Assembly: GCA_021613535.1 (NCBI GenBank)
Contig: CP075496.1
Span: 6,634,001-6,698,000, forward strand
Direction: 5' to 3'
Length of the DNA stretch: 64,000 nt
DNA from: Adineta vaga
Lineage: Eukaryota; Animalia; Rotifera
Shown: positions 25,325 through 39,145 of the stretch, in pieces
Layout: every line of letters begins with the position of its first letter
Numbering within the stretch: position 1 is the first letter of the stretch
The notes under the pieces: model-generated
The model's input: only the letters and a program-made list of their open reading frames with translations
What the model was told of the DNA's origin: nothing
The model's database searches: none
Position numbers and translations under genes: made by a program

Positions 25325-27215
25325 GATGACGATGATGATGCTGAGTAAATGTAAACGACAAAAAGACAGGAACAACAATGGAAGTATTGATACAATAGAA
25401 TGAAGACCAATTGAATAAGAAGTTTGAACGAATCACTAAAAAGATTATAATAAAAATTTTCTATAAATAACAATAAACCATTATTGAATATATGTTTATG
25501 ATATATCTTGTTCAACTTGATTTTATTTTATCTACAGTTTAAAGTATTGCACAAATATGTTATGTATTATTAACGACGATTAATTATTTCTTTGTGTATA
25601 TATTTGTGCGTGAATACTGTAATATGAATACGAACTATTATCTGTTGTGTTTCTTTCTATAGAATATTAGAATACTAATACTAATGTTTAGAATTAATAT
25701 TCCATTTCATTTCGTTACTCAGTCAATTATTTTTATGAGAATGTTCGTAATATGTTTCAGATAAATTCAGATCTTCCGATGTCTCTTTCTATTATTATTA
25801 TTATTATCATTATTATTATTGCTTTTATAATCTTATAGAAAATGAGGAATTTTGTTAAACAAGCTGAGAAAAGATGTATTTCGACTTTTTTTCTCTAGAA
25901 TCTCTAGAAACTCTAGAAAGATGCTAATGTGTATTAAGTTTTGACTTACTTTGAAAAAATTAGTAACTATTAGTCTGTGAGGCATACTATTTAGACACAT
26001 ACTGTTAATATCAGCATGCAACGAACTCGAAAGAAAGGAAGGGCGAGAGAGAGAGAGAGAGAGAAAATCCGATCTAGCACCAACGATATTTGCAAAACTG
26101 GTAGATGGCCTGCAGCATATACATAGATAAATTTTTTAGATAAGCTGAATAAGCAATCGAACATCTGTATGTTTGCATAAGTTGAAGCAAAAACAAGGAC
26201 AGGCATAGAGAAGAAAAGTAAATCGGATTAACATCACCAATTGCAAAGCCTTCAGGTAAAGAAACAAACCTTTTCTTCTTGCTTCTTTTTATATAAATGA
26301 TTATATATTAATAATCAAATGGGTAAAACTAGTTATCCGATTAAATGGGATCTTTTCTCGATCTCTTAATAATGTTCGAAAGACTGTAATTCTTGCTCAG
26401 TCGTTTGTCTTAATCGGAAGCAACTAAAGTTAGGCATTTCTTTAGTAAATATTGATCACATTGTAATTACACGGGCATACGATTGAACAACATTCAGATA
26501 GTTATGATTACAATTCTAATAACACACTATTTTCTTTCTTTTATTTTTTAACATCAAATAAAGCTCATTTGGGGAGAGAGAGACAGAGAAAGACAGAGAG
26601 TGCTAGAAAAAGAGATAAAGCAATCATACTTACTTTTTTTTTCTTTTCTTGTTGCTGATTAATATAATATGTTGCTTTGAAAATTGTCTCTAACACGAAG
26701 ATGATCGATACGTAGTTCTAAGACGTGACGAGTATGGAAAATGATGTGTATTTGAGGGTTTTTTTCTTTTCTTCGTCTCTGTTGATTTCCTTTTGACGTC
26801 AAACTGAGATGTTTATATATAGATGATATATCTCTTTATTTCATCAGATGATTAATAGAAAATTTTTCGTTTTTTTCTTCTTCTTTAACAAGGAAAAATT
26901 CTAATAATATATGTATATCTATATGAATATATAAAATTTGATCATGACGAGATTCGGTTTTTCTCTTCGATTCTATTTACCAAAAAAACAAACGATTTCC
27001 GAGCACCAATGCCAAGATAGGGGTATGGTATATTTAAGTAGTACTTTTCTGATAATACTGACAATAGAACACAACACTCATATTAGCAATACATGCTGAA
27101 GGCAATCGAGGACGACGACTCAGAGGCAGAGAGAAAGAGAGAGAGAGAGAAACCAATGGTTTTCTGTTAGAAGAATAAGTAACATGCTGTGTGTGTACTT
27201 AGAAGGAGAAATAAA

Positions 27216-27236
27216 GAGAGAGAGAGAGAGAGAGAG
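27216..27236. repeat. (AG)n microsatellite
   Basis: About 10 AG units. Similar GA tracts lie at ~22458-22472, ~26045-26063 and ~27136-27150. Confidence 0.85.
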
Positions 27237-30200
27237 GGAAAGGCGGAGATGGAAAGAGAGGAAACTTAATGTTCACTCTAGAAGGATGAATGATTGATTG
27301 ACAAAACAAAAATAACCTGTAACAATCCTTCATTTAGTTAAATCGTATTTAGAAAACAGGAAATCAAATAGAGTAACGAAATGCATTTCATTTCTAAACC
27401 GAAACCAATTACCTACTGAACGCCTACTTTTATTTTCCCTGTTGATTCTCTTTTTTTTTCTCTTTCTCTTTTATTTTTACATTATCACAGGAAATCAAAT
27501 TAATGTCATAAATTTTCATCTACTTTGTTATTTACTTATATGAGACTTTGAGTGGAATGTAACCCAGAAGAAATAACGCTGGATTCTTGTCACACAACGG
27601 AAAACTGCGATTATGAAGCAGAAATAGAACAATAAAACAATGTGGGAAGAAAACATGAGAAAATACAAGTCGCTTTGTCCTTTGTGATTATCGTAACGAT
27701 GTATCTTCGGATAATCTAGCATTTTTTTTCAATTAACCATAGCGATCTTTTCATATGTGATTGACATTGACAACACCATACATATATATGTCCATAGGCA
27801 TGCACTCTACTATTACTATTCTAATCGATCATTATTACCATAGAAACTTGTCTTTTAAGTTATATAGAAAACAAAAAATCTAATTCATTTCATCTTCAAC
27901 TTCAACAAAAAAGTATAGAAGCTTTCAAGTATACTTATAAAAACCTTTTTTTCTTCATCTTTGTCTGCATTCGTATCTCGAATAGTACTTACCAATTTCA
28001 AATAGATTTTATTGTTGATCATGTCTAATAATAAGCAGTTTTTTTCCATAATTTACGATCGAATTTCATATACCATTTGGTTCGTTTATTGATTCACAAT
28101 AATATATAGTAATGTACAATCTGTCGCAAATAGAACTAGAAAGAACAAGAAGGACGAAAAGAATATACGGGTGATGTTAATGTATCTATATAATATTACA
28201 TGGCCATGTTCGTTGTGACATCAACAGTTGACGAATGCATATATATATATCACTGGAAATAGTTATACAGATGAATGAGAATTGTAGAAACAAACAAAGA
28301 CAAAAAGATAGTTGTAGATGAAACGATAGAACTATCCGAAGATAATGAAGTGCTCGCATAACCGACCAAAAGAAAAAAGGTCATTACATTTTTCCTTCTT
28401 TTCTTATTTGTACTAGAGCATTACATATTTTTCTTTTAATCGACACATACAAAAGATTACAAGTGGGCGTACCGAACAAACCTAATCAGATTTGTCATGT
28501 TCATTTAACGATTCATTTGTATTCTAACTTTCTTTTAACAAGGTTCTTCGCTATACTGAACAATTCCATTAATATTGTTTTCTTTTTTTTTCTTCTTACA
28601 AAATAAATAAGAAATTTCAGTTTTTAATGAATATAAATAATAATTTATTTGAATACGTAAATATAGGTTACAATCTGATTGATGAGGCTATTCTGTATTT
28701 AAATGAAAAAATTTATGTAAATGTCTTCATGTCAATAGATGTTCTCCTACGAGAAGGTCAAAGAGAATCATTGATAATCAGCTTGGGATCTTTACATTAA
28801 AATTTCTTAGAAGAAAAAAGACAACGAATAAAAATCTACTATTTAGCAGTAATTTCATCATTTATGCATGAATAAATCAATCTATATGTGTAGTGAACTG
28901 AATGAATAAACAGTAGCAATACACTTTGAATATTAGCAATTATCTCTTTGTATATAATAATATTCTTTTGACATTATGTAAAACTAGCTAATTGAAAAGT
29001 TTGACAAGAAAAAGAAAAGCAATTGAGAAATGCTATGATCACTTTGACTGAGTGATTTCTTGTTATGATAACATTCAGAGAACAATGTCAAGATGTTAGT
29101 TATCAATTGCCAACATCGAGACCAAAATCTCGACATACATTTTATTAGATCAAAATAACATTTCGAGAATATATCAAATCTATAAATAAGACAAAGAAGG
29201 AAAGATTAATGATGAATTCCAACCGAGAGAAATAACAAAAAACAATGTATCAAACTCACTAATTTAATTAATAGATCATCATTACTTGTCGAATGCGTTT
29301 TAAATTTCATAATCACATCTGTTTGTTTTCTTTTTATAGATCATTCTGATCGGCAATGACTTTTTTCATTTAATTACTAACTCTTGTGACATTCAATCAA
29401 AATAAAGAGATTCATCAGCTAAGAATTGAATGTATTATTTCTATTACAGATGTTCAAAGTTGATTGAGTTGCATATTATTATAATAAAATTGAAAATCTA
29501 TTTTCCTCTAAGTCTATTCAATGATGAGTTATTATTAAGATTCATTGATGTTTCTTTTCTACTACTCTGTCAATGTTTTGATAGAGAATACATAATTGAC
29601 AGATTGACAAGCAAGAGCATTGATTTCAAGGTGAATTCAGCATGCAAAAAGCCAATTGCTATGAATAGAGACAAATATGAAATTATAGGATCTACTGAAG
29701 ACTAAGACATATTTTTGTTTGTATAGTAATCTTACAATCCAATATTCGATCTTTCTCTTGACTTATTTGTATTTTGCTTGGAAAATCTTCGGAAAGAGAA
29801 ATGAAAATAAATAATTAGTCAATCAAAAATGTATAAACTCTAATCCAATTGATTCTTCTCGTAAACAAATATTCATATTCATCTTAATTTTAATCTCTGA
29901 TCGAACAAACCATAAGAATTTATATTAAATAGATTATCCCACATGATTACTCGCTTAGAAAACTAGATTTTGTTTTTAGACGTACATGTCAATGTTGATA
30001 GAGAATATTTGAATTCTATTCGGAATAATTGATAATGACAGAGATTATTTTGTTTCAAATAATTTATTAAAAGAGTTTTTTTCGTTGTACTACAACTCAA
30101 AATATTGTTCAACGTACTTAATTTTTAATCTAAACTAAATTATATCAATCTTTCTCAACATCTGTTGAACTAATATTTATATTTCATAAAACAGAAGGAA

Positions 30201-31060
30201 CTATATGAGAAATACAGAAGACGTCATAAAACAATACTTAAATACATGCTTGTAAGAAGATTGAACACGAGCATTAACCATACACAATAAACATCTTTCG
30301 ATAACAGTTATATGATTTTTCAGATCATATGATGTAATTCATACATAATAAGTCGAAGATTAAAATTCTGTTATAAAAGATCTATACGTTTGTTGTACAC
30401 TTATTCATTTGTCAACATTAAAATATAGATATTGAAATAAAAGGAAACTGTATTCTTCGAAATACTACAGTATGCCAATCATTGATACTATTTCTCATGG
30501 TTATTATAAATAAACACGAGTAATATTAGCTGCGTGTGATTTTATCAAAACAATCAGAACAAAAATGTTTGATGCCAACCAACTTCTTGTTGAGCGAATT
30601 AATATATACAGTACGCATTATTTCTATAATTTTTTTGTTGATAGGGACTTATCAACTGCCTATCAATTATTCTTCTGTAAGCTATTAGTTTATATAAATT
30701 ATAGAAAAAAGCGTCTGGTGTGAAAAATTTCATTATATTTGCATTGATTGTTAAACAATGCTCATCCTTAATTTGTGTTCGATGATGTAGTTTTACTTTT
30801 TATATCGAGAAATTTTTACAACTTTCAAGGCAGAAATGATAAAATACAACTGGCTGGAATGATTGATAGATACATGTGATTTTTTTAGAATTTTTCACCA
30901 ATAAAACAGATATTCATTTAAATAAGTACAAAGATGATGTTTCGAATGAAAATTAAGATAATAAATACATACATAGAGAAATGGATAGATGTCACTAATC
31001 GTTTCCAATTCAACATATGATTCATCATACCAAAAAAAAACCTTCTTTTTTTGTGCAAAA

Positions 31061-31965
31061 ATGTTCGCTTCTATTGATCGTCGTCTTCTCTACGGTCTGT
31101 TAGTGCCTGGTGGTTGTTTAGTTCTTGGAAGTATCATTTGGTATTATAATCATCGAAAAAGTAAAAAGTCGAATGTATTGTTCTTCTCTTACAAAACTTG
31201 ATTATTTAGAAGAACAAATTCGTTCAGTTCGTTCAGAATATCTTGTACTCGAAGTACAAGTTCCTGTTTATTGTGTTGGAAGTATAATTGGTAAAGGTGG
31301 TGAAGTAATTAAACGGGTAAGAAACATAAATATAGAAAGTAAATCTCAAGTTTTCTTTTTTTTTTCTTATCTTTATCGACTTTAGTTTCAACAACAATTT
31401 TCTGTTCGTTGTGCATTTGCAAAAGATGATGAAAACAATCTCAATGAAAATCATCGAATCTTAATTATTCGAGGACAACGTAAACATGTTTATGAAGCTG
31501 AAGTTGAAATACGTCGTTTAATTGCTGATTTACCACAATATGAACAAATTGAAATGTTTATACCAGAAAATGTTTGTGGATATTTAATTGGACGAAATGG
31601 TTGCAATATAAAAGATATTCGAGATAGTTCCAAAGCACGTTTGAATATGGATAGAAAAATTATTGATAATTTAGAAAATAAAAACTTCTCACGTTTAATT
31701 ATTTCTGGTACTAGTGAACAAATTGCAGCAGCCAAAGTAAGATCTTGTTTTCTTTCTTCTAATTCTATCAAATAATAATAATAATAATGTTTTTTGTTCA
31801 TTTTAAGACTTTAGTTGAAGAACGTCTGTATCAATTTGAACAAAAACAACATGAACGTGAAAATAGATTTGGTATAAAGCCGGTATGAACAATAAATTAG
31901 ATAATTGTTGAAAATATTCTCTTGATATGTTGCTTTCAATGCATCCTCAGTACGAAGGACATTAA
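31061..31965 (+). CDS. N-terminally membrane-anchored protein with two KH domains (TDRKH/PAPI-like, no Tudor domain visible)
   Basis: TM segment LLYGLLVPGGCLVLGSIIWYY followed by basic NHRK; KH1 VPVYCVGSIIGKGGEVIKR; KH2 IPENVCGYLIGRNGCNIKDIRDSSKARL..IISGTSEQIAAAK. Stops at 31888 unspliced, or at 31965 via a final intron. Confidence 0.82.
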
Positions 31966-32373
31966 TCATTATATGCACTGATGAACATTGTTACAACTCA
32001 GAGAGGTAGTGCGTAGTCATTGTCTACGAAGGTAATGAATCAATACGTACTCTTTTCTATGTGCATAATCATTGTTTGATATCAACATGGGATTTATTTC
32101 TAATCTTATATTTCATACTATAGAGATAAGCTGTTTCAGCAGTGCATTGAAATCTTCAGTTTATCGCGTACCTTCGTTTCATGTTAATTATTAATTTACA
32201 ATACCAGAAACAAAAATGATGAACACATCTCTTCAATTGCTAAATACTTACATACAATATTTTCTTTTCTTTTAGAATTTTATTTCCAATAATGAAGATA
32301 TTCTCGATGATGATTAACTTTATTTTTTCATGTTATTCTCATATTGTTATTCTTTGTTATTTTTCTAGATAGC

Positions 32374-33009
32374 ATGTCTTTAGATTTGGATCTTGATCAA
32401 TTTCATGAGCATTTAAATGGTACGAACCTCGGAGTAGATGATGTTGATAGTCAAGATGTTGATGTGACAATGAACAGTCGAAATAATGGACCAAATCAAG
32501 CAGAAAAACGAGCACATCATAATGCTTTAGAAAGAAAACGACGTGATCATATAAAAGAAAGTTTTAGTGATTTACGTGATGTCATACCATCACTGAAAGG
32601 GGAAAAAGTAAGATTCATCTATGTCGAATAGCATTCTTCATGTTATATTCGATTGATTTTAGGCATCTCGTGCTCATGTTCTAAAAGCAGCTACAGAATA
32701 TATTCGTACAATAAAAGTAAAAAATCAACATCATCAAAATATTATTGAAGAATTCAAACGACAAAATGCAGCAATTGAATTACAAAGTACAATGAAGATT
32801 TTTGTAATAATTAATATATTAATTTGTCTATTTTTTAAGCACGTCTTCTTGAACGTGTTAAAGAAACAGGTCAATATACAAGACAGATTCATAATCATCA
32901 TCATCAACAAGATCAACGAGTTAAAATGGAATCAGATATAAATGGAATTCAAACAACGAGAAATCTATTAACAAGTGAAAATAATCCGTCGATATCATCT
33001 CAACCATAG
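32374..33009 (+). CDS. MAX: bHLH-leucine zipper transcription factor Max, 3 coding exons
   Basis: [73 protein letters not shown] closely matches the Max bHLH-ZIP. Confidence 0.95.
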
Positions 33010-33535
33010 CAAAGAGATCGAAAAGAAAACTCTTCTATCGCCATGCTATTTGTCAGAATATGTTTGTTTTTGTATATGTATAAACTGATATTTCTAGATT
33101 TTAATATGAATATTAATTTCTTATATTTCGAATTGATATTATTTGTTTTATTTTTGTCCCTTGTTCTACGAAAATTTCAAAATGAAACTTTTTATTGAAA
33201 TTTATCGGTCATAGAAACAAACTTTACTCGTCTTGAATGTGACAAAGTCAACATTGGAAAAAAAAGATAACATTATCACAAAATAATGATCGTTTAAGAA
33301 GATAGATAAAATATCATGTTTGCTACGTTGTTCTTTCAAAATGCGTCATTAAATTTATTTATCTACTAATAATACTATCAAACGAAAAAAAAGCACTAAC
33401 GCGAACTCATCAGATTGCAGTTGTAATTTTTGTTATTTCATTCTCTTGTCTTCTTTTTTTCAACGACACTATTCAGCAAGAGTATGGCAAATAGAACTTC
33501 GAGTCGAAGTCATCATCAACCACCACCCTCATCTT

Positions 33536-36168
33536 ATGAACGATGTAGAATATCACAACCTATTTGGATTAAAAACGATATCGAATGTGAACCAGTCTTA
33601 CGAAGTTGTTAGACGTGAACGAAGACTGTCTTTGACATCGAATGAGGAATCAATCACAATCTCTAAAAGACAAAGTGGCGTTGCTGGATTAGTAGAACAA
33701 TTTGAGAAGCGAAATGTAACAGATAATAGTATGTTGTCATTGATTAGACGAAAGAAATCAAACGAAATTAGTTGGTTTTTTAGTTCGATCATTTAGAATT
33801 AAACCAAAGCGAACAAACATCGATGCATATTTTGTACACCAATTGCGTTCATCTGATGAAATACCAGTTGAAACCAGTACACATATGGGTTCACAATTAA
33901 TATTAACTAAGACATTTTCAACTGATTCTGATACTCAAACAATTGAAAATCTGGTAAATACAATCTTTTATTAGAGTTTCATTCAATAGAAAATTGATTT
34001 TGTCTTTAAGGATTCACTAAATGATCATTTTTCGAATGCAGTCAATTCAATTATACCATCATCACAACGTCCATCTTTAATTTCTCAAGAAGATAGTGCA
34101 AATAATGATTTTTGTATATCTTCAATTTCGATTGATGATCCTTCAGATATAACTTCTAGTGATGAGGATGAAGACAACATCAATAAAAAAGTTTGTGATT
34201 ATAATTTCCATCGTTTATGAAAACTATCTTTAATTATTTTATATTATTAGAAAATTATTCCTTCCAAACGTTACGATGAAATTTATGATACAGAACAAAC
34301 TTATATTGAAAAACTTCGTGTACTTTCGTACGTTCTTCCAAGAAAAATCGAAGAAATATGTATAAAAGAGAAAACTCTTCTTCGAAGATTCAAAATTATC
34401 TACAGACCATTAAAAACAATATTGAAAAAACTATATAAATTTCATATACAAGTTATTCTACCAAGAATTGAAGAATGTAAACTGGGAGATTATGAAAATT
34501 TTGTATGGTCTGTTATAGAAGAAAACTATCAAACAATTGAGGATATCTACATGGCATATACATATCATACGATGAGAATCAACGAAGATTAAATGAAATA
34601 TGTAAATCTGGTACGTTTTTGGATAAAGCAATGCTTGAATGTCAGGTTTATCTGGGAAATTTATATCCACTAGCTGAGTTAAATTGTGCAAACCAACGCT
34701 TATTGCGGTAAGTTGCCATATCGAAGGATGACATGAGAAATTCTTATTCATTATTGAGATTGATTTACTATTCATATGCTTTAAATCATTTACATAAATA
34801 TGATTGTTTCTATTTCAATACTTACATTTATTTTAGGTATATTCTTCTTATGGAAAGCCATATGAAACGGCTCGATGAGAATTCACTTGAATATAAACAT
34901 ACATCTTCCATACGAGACGGGCTTAGACAAATTGCATTAAGATGTGAGGACGAATTGGCTGTTTCTGGAACACAATTGAAGAAATTAAAAAGACGATTTG
35001 ATAATAAATTAGACTATTTCAAACATCAACGTCTTCTTTGGCATGGTGAATTAAAATGGCGATCACCACGTCGACGAATAGGTGTTGAACCGTGTTATGT
35101 TCTTTTATTTTCCGAATGTATACTTGTCTGTGAAGAATCAGGTGACAAACTTGAATTGAAACAATATTTATCATTAGAAAACATAACAATCGATCTTCTT
35201 AAATCTGAACAATCGATCTCAAATTCTCTTGATCAAAAGCATTCGAATGTTGTAATATATCCTTTCCGTGTGAAAGCGATTGAAAAATGTTATGAGTTTT
35301 TAATTGATAAAGAACAAGGAAGAAAAAAATGGATTGCTAAGATAATGAAAGCGAGTGACGATTATGCAAGAGGAAGTACAAATGTCGAAAGTAAAATTTA
35401 CATTTTCAAATTAAGAATATAACACCGAATGATGATAATCATTCTTGTATGTTTCTAGTCCGTCCATTATGTCATCATTCAAATCGACCAGACTATGGCC
35501 TTCGTGCACCTGTATGGGTGAATGACAATGATGTTAAACGTTGTCAAATATGTCAAAATCGTTTTGGTTTTACATTGATTTCTTCTCGACATCATTGTCG
35601 TTCATGTGGTCGTTGTATTTGTGCTTCTTGTTCAACGAAAAAATTTGTTCTCAAGTATTGTGCTGAGAAAGGTGCAAGGCGTATTTGTGATACATGTTTC
35701 AGTTATTTTACTGGTAAGAAAAAAGATTTCATTTCATCAACTAAAAACCTTCGTAATCCATATCGAACAATATTGTTTGGTGATTTTGAATATGCTTCAA
35801 CAAACTCAACTGTTTGGATTGATCTACAGGAAGATCACCACCTGTATATATATGGTGCAAAATTAGATTTAGTTGAAGATTTTATGATTGATCTTACACA
35901 ACTATGTGAGATGTCATTAAATGAAAAAACATATACATTAATTATGAATACAAAAGATAAAGTATATAAATTTACTCTGAAAAGAAATCATCAAATTACA
36001 TATCTGGAGAGTAATCGTATCAATCAAAATATGATGTGTGCAATGAATAAATCATTATTCTATGCGAAACTATGGTATGATTCAATACAACTAGCTCGTT
36101 TGAAAGTAGTTCCATCATGGTATATACGGAAACGTGATTCAGCTGATAGTGGAATTATTGCTGTTTAA
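33536..36168 (+). CDS. FGD-family RhoGEF (DH-PH-FYVE-PH-like); multi-exon
   Basis: DH start EIYDTEQTYIEKL and DH end NQRLLRYILLM; PH LLWHGEL..YVLLFSECILVC..RKKWIAKI; FYVE APVWVND..CQIC..RHHCRSCGRCICASC..RRICDTC; second PH-like region. Start tentative. Confidence 0.88.
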
Positions 36169-36279
36169 GAAATTTTACTTCTATTTTTATCGTAGTTTAC
36201 ATATATATATATTGTTTAATTTTATTGTCTTTTATGTATAAGAAAAACTGCGTCTTTAATTTAAAGAAAAGACATCGTT

Positions 36280-37920
36280 TTAAATTCCACCTTGAAAAAA
36301 TCGTTGAAATTCTGCTCGACTCAACTGCCCATCATGATTAGTATCAGCAGCAACAAAACTAGCTGCAATGACATCGAAGTCCGAACTGCCAATACCAACG
36401 CTTTCAGCTAAAGCACTTTCATTAATAAAATTTGATGATGAAGACGATGAATAAGTTGAACTACCATTTGTAGTACTTTCGAAATTGTAGACATTTGGTT
36501 CAAGATCACCAACTACTTGAAGTCCATCAAAAATAGTTGGGTTTAATGCTGATGATGATGATGCAAAACCTCGACCCTGTGTCGTATTAGAAAATCGTTG
36601 AGCGGTAGAAATTCCTTCTGTACCTACAGAAAATGAAGATCGCACTGTAGGTGGCGACTAAAATATGAAAAGATTGCATGTATTAGAAAAAGCTATCTGA
36701 TTTATAGAGCAATAATTACTATATCTTCAATGACACCAGCTGTGCGAGCTTTTTGAATAAGTTGAGCAGTATCTAAAAGTGTTGCACCATAACGAGCAAC
36801 ATAAGCTTGAGGATCTTCTTGAGTTACACCAAGTCGTTCAAATTGTCGAACTACACGTGTTTGTATATCATCATAAACAACGATAATATTTCGCGGTTGA
36901 GGATATTGAATAGCAGCAGATGCACGCTGAACTATCGTTCGACGTTTAGCTTGTGAACCATAAGGAATCCATCGTTCGATAATAATATCTCCTGAATATA
37001 AAGAAAATGAACGAAAATCGACGGAAAGAATCGTAAATGATTTAAGTTACGTGGTTTCGGTGGCGGTGGTGGAAGACGTTCAACAATGACTGATCGAGGT
37101 GGAGCAGGCATTGCGTTTAGATGACGTATAACTAGAAAACAATGCATATAATCATATGACTTATTTAAATTTCATCTATGTACCTGTTTGACTACCAACA
37201 GAAGGTGGAGCTATTGGTGGACGTTCACGCAAGATCAACGGAGGTAGTGATGGAAGTGGAGGTGCACGCTGACGTACGACCAACGGTGGTGGTGGAGGTG
37301 GTTGTGGAGGACGTATTTCTTTGATTATTAATGGCTAAATTTAAAGAACATGTCTACATATTTTTCACTGTAAACTTTTAATTCATTACGCCAGGTGGAG
37401 GAACAGGTGGTGGTTGTAAAAACCGTATAGAAATTTTTTGTTGATAAGTTATTGGTCCTTGTGTGGATGTTCGTCGAATAATTTCTGGATTCGGATCATT
37501 ATAAATACCCGTTCCTGTACGTGAAAGATATTCACTCGTTTCTTGAGCACTCGTTGTTTCAATAGTTGCACTATTCATTTGTCCACCTGAGTTGATTGTT
37601 GTCGGAACACTTCGTGAATTTTGATTATTATTACCTGAAAAAGATTCGAAAATACTTCGTGAACTCGCTTCATATCCACTTAATCCAGCTTTGTTCGTAG
37701 AATCTTTATTAAGAACAGTTTCACTGGTCGATGCCTCGTGCGATGAAGGAGACGATGTACCAGTGTTTGATATCCAATTTTGAAATTCTTTTCGATCAAT
37801 GCTAAAGATATTACTCAAGAAATCTTTTTAATATACAAAAAACTGATTCTTCTCATACCTGCCATCTTGATTAGTATCAACCTGTGAAAAAATCGCTTTA
37901 GCTGTATCAAAATTTGCCAT
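36280..37920 (-). CDS. Proline-rich protein with one EF-hand at each terminus; multi-exon
   Basis: N-terminal MANFDTAKAIFSQVDTNQDG/SIDRKEF and C-terminal ADTNHDGQLSRAEFQRFF EF loops. Core of beta-strand/polyPro units (IRFLQPPPVPPPG, LIIKEIRPPQPPPPPPLVVRQR, SVIVERLPPPPPKPRDIIIERW). Confidence 0.85.
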
Positions 37921-39145
37921 TCTTTCGAAATGGAAGATGGAAAAAGGTTGAAATCAATTCTCAGATAAAAGACGGCAACTAATGATCGTCATTTTATATA
38001 TCTGTCATTAAGATAACAAATGTTCAATCAACCATGGATGACATTGAACAGACATATAAACATAAAGCATTTATTTCATAACATTAAAGTATCCATGGAC
38101 ATTTTCTGTTCTTTTGAAAAAAAAATTATTGATCAAATAAATATTAGAAATATTAATAAGACAAAAAAAAGAGAACAAAAAATTGTCAAATTTATCGTCG
38201 CGTCGTTTTATCGATATTTAATGAAGGTTATGTTCCTAACCCTGACACTATTGTGAGAAGGTAAACAACCCTTCATTAAATCAAATGAAGGAAAATTAGT
38301 TCATTAAAAATTTCAAAAGAAGGATAGAATAAGACTCCGGAAGTTATTGATTGAATTCTTACTTATTCTCTTTTAATCACGAAAATCATACATCTATTTC
38401 TTATTGTACATATAGATAGACTTCGCACGAGAGATTGACCATAGTTCATCTGAATATGAAAGAATTTTATCGAAATTATATAGACTTTCCTATTTATTAC
38501 AGATTAATATTTGATACAATCAACAAATGGCTACATTAGATTTTTATCTTTACGTAATGTACTTCGATTTGAATATAATTTTTTTAAAAATGTTCATATC
38601 AATGATAGTCATCAATTACATTGATCATGAACCTTGCGAATAAATAAAAATTAGTAGGTCAAGTTAATAATTATGTAGAAATTCATATTTGTCGCTGCAC
38701 AAGTTTAGTGATGATATATATCATAGAGAAGAACAAAGTTTATGTTTCAAAAGGAGTATTCGATAAACTGTAGATTATTTTCATATTGAACATGATTTTG
38801 TGACAAAAAACCAAAACAAGTTATAAAAGTAATTGATCGTATCGGCATAATACATGTCTAGATTTTTTCCGTTCAGAGAAGAGATGCTAATTTTGAGAAT
38901 TTACTGACCAAGATTAGAGTGACATCTATTAGATTACTATTTGGACAAAATTAAATATATAAGAAATAAATGAAAATTGATTTTATTCATAGAATTATCA
39001 AATCGACGAGAATTTTTCTAAGGAAATGTTGTCGTATATCACTAAGGTAACGGTGATATTGATGGGTAATAAAGAAGAAAAGGTGAAGTTAAGATTCAAT
39101 CATTGAGCGAAACAAACCATTGAATTGAATGTGTATTCTATTAGA

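Noticed and set aside
25891-25920. Triple CTCTAGAA repeat resembling a heat-shock element
   Set aside because: The 9-bp period does not give alternating nGAAn/nTTCn units; more likely a short tandem duplication.
28600-30900. Short ORFs such as 29430-29705 as possible transposon or pseudogene remnants
   Set aside because: No transposase or RT motifs, terminal repeats or consistent exon chain were recognisable.
38269-38291. 8-bp inverted repeat CCTTCATT..AATGAAGG between the divergent EF-hand and Inturned genes
   Set aside because: Too short to exceed chance in AT-rich DNA; no target-site duplication or second copy to indicate a MITE.
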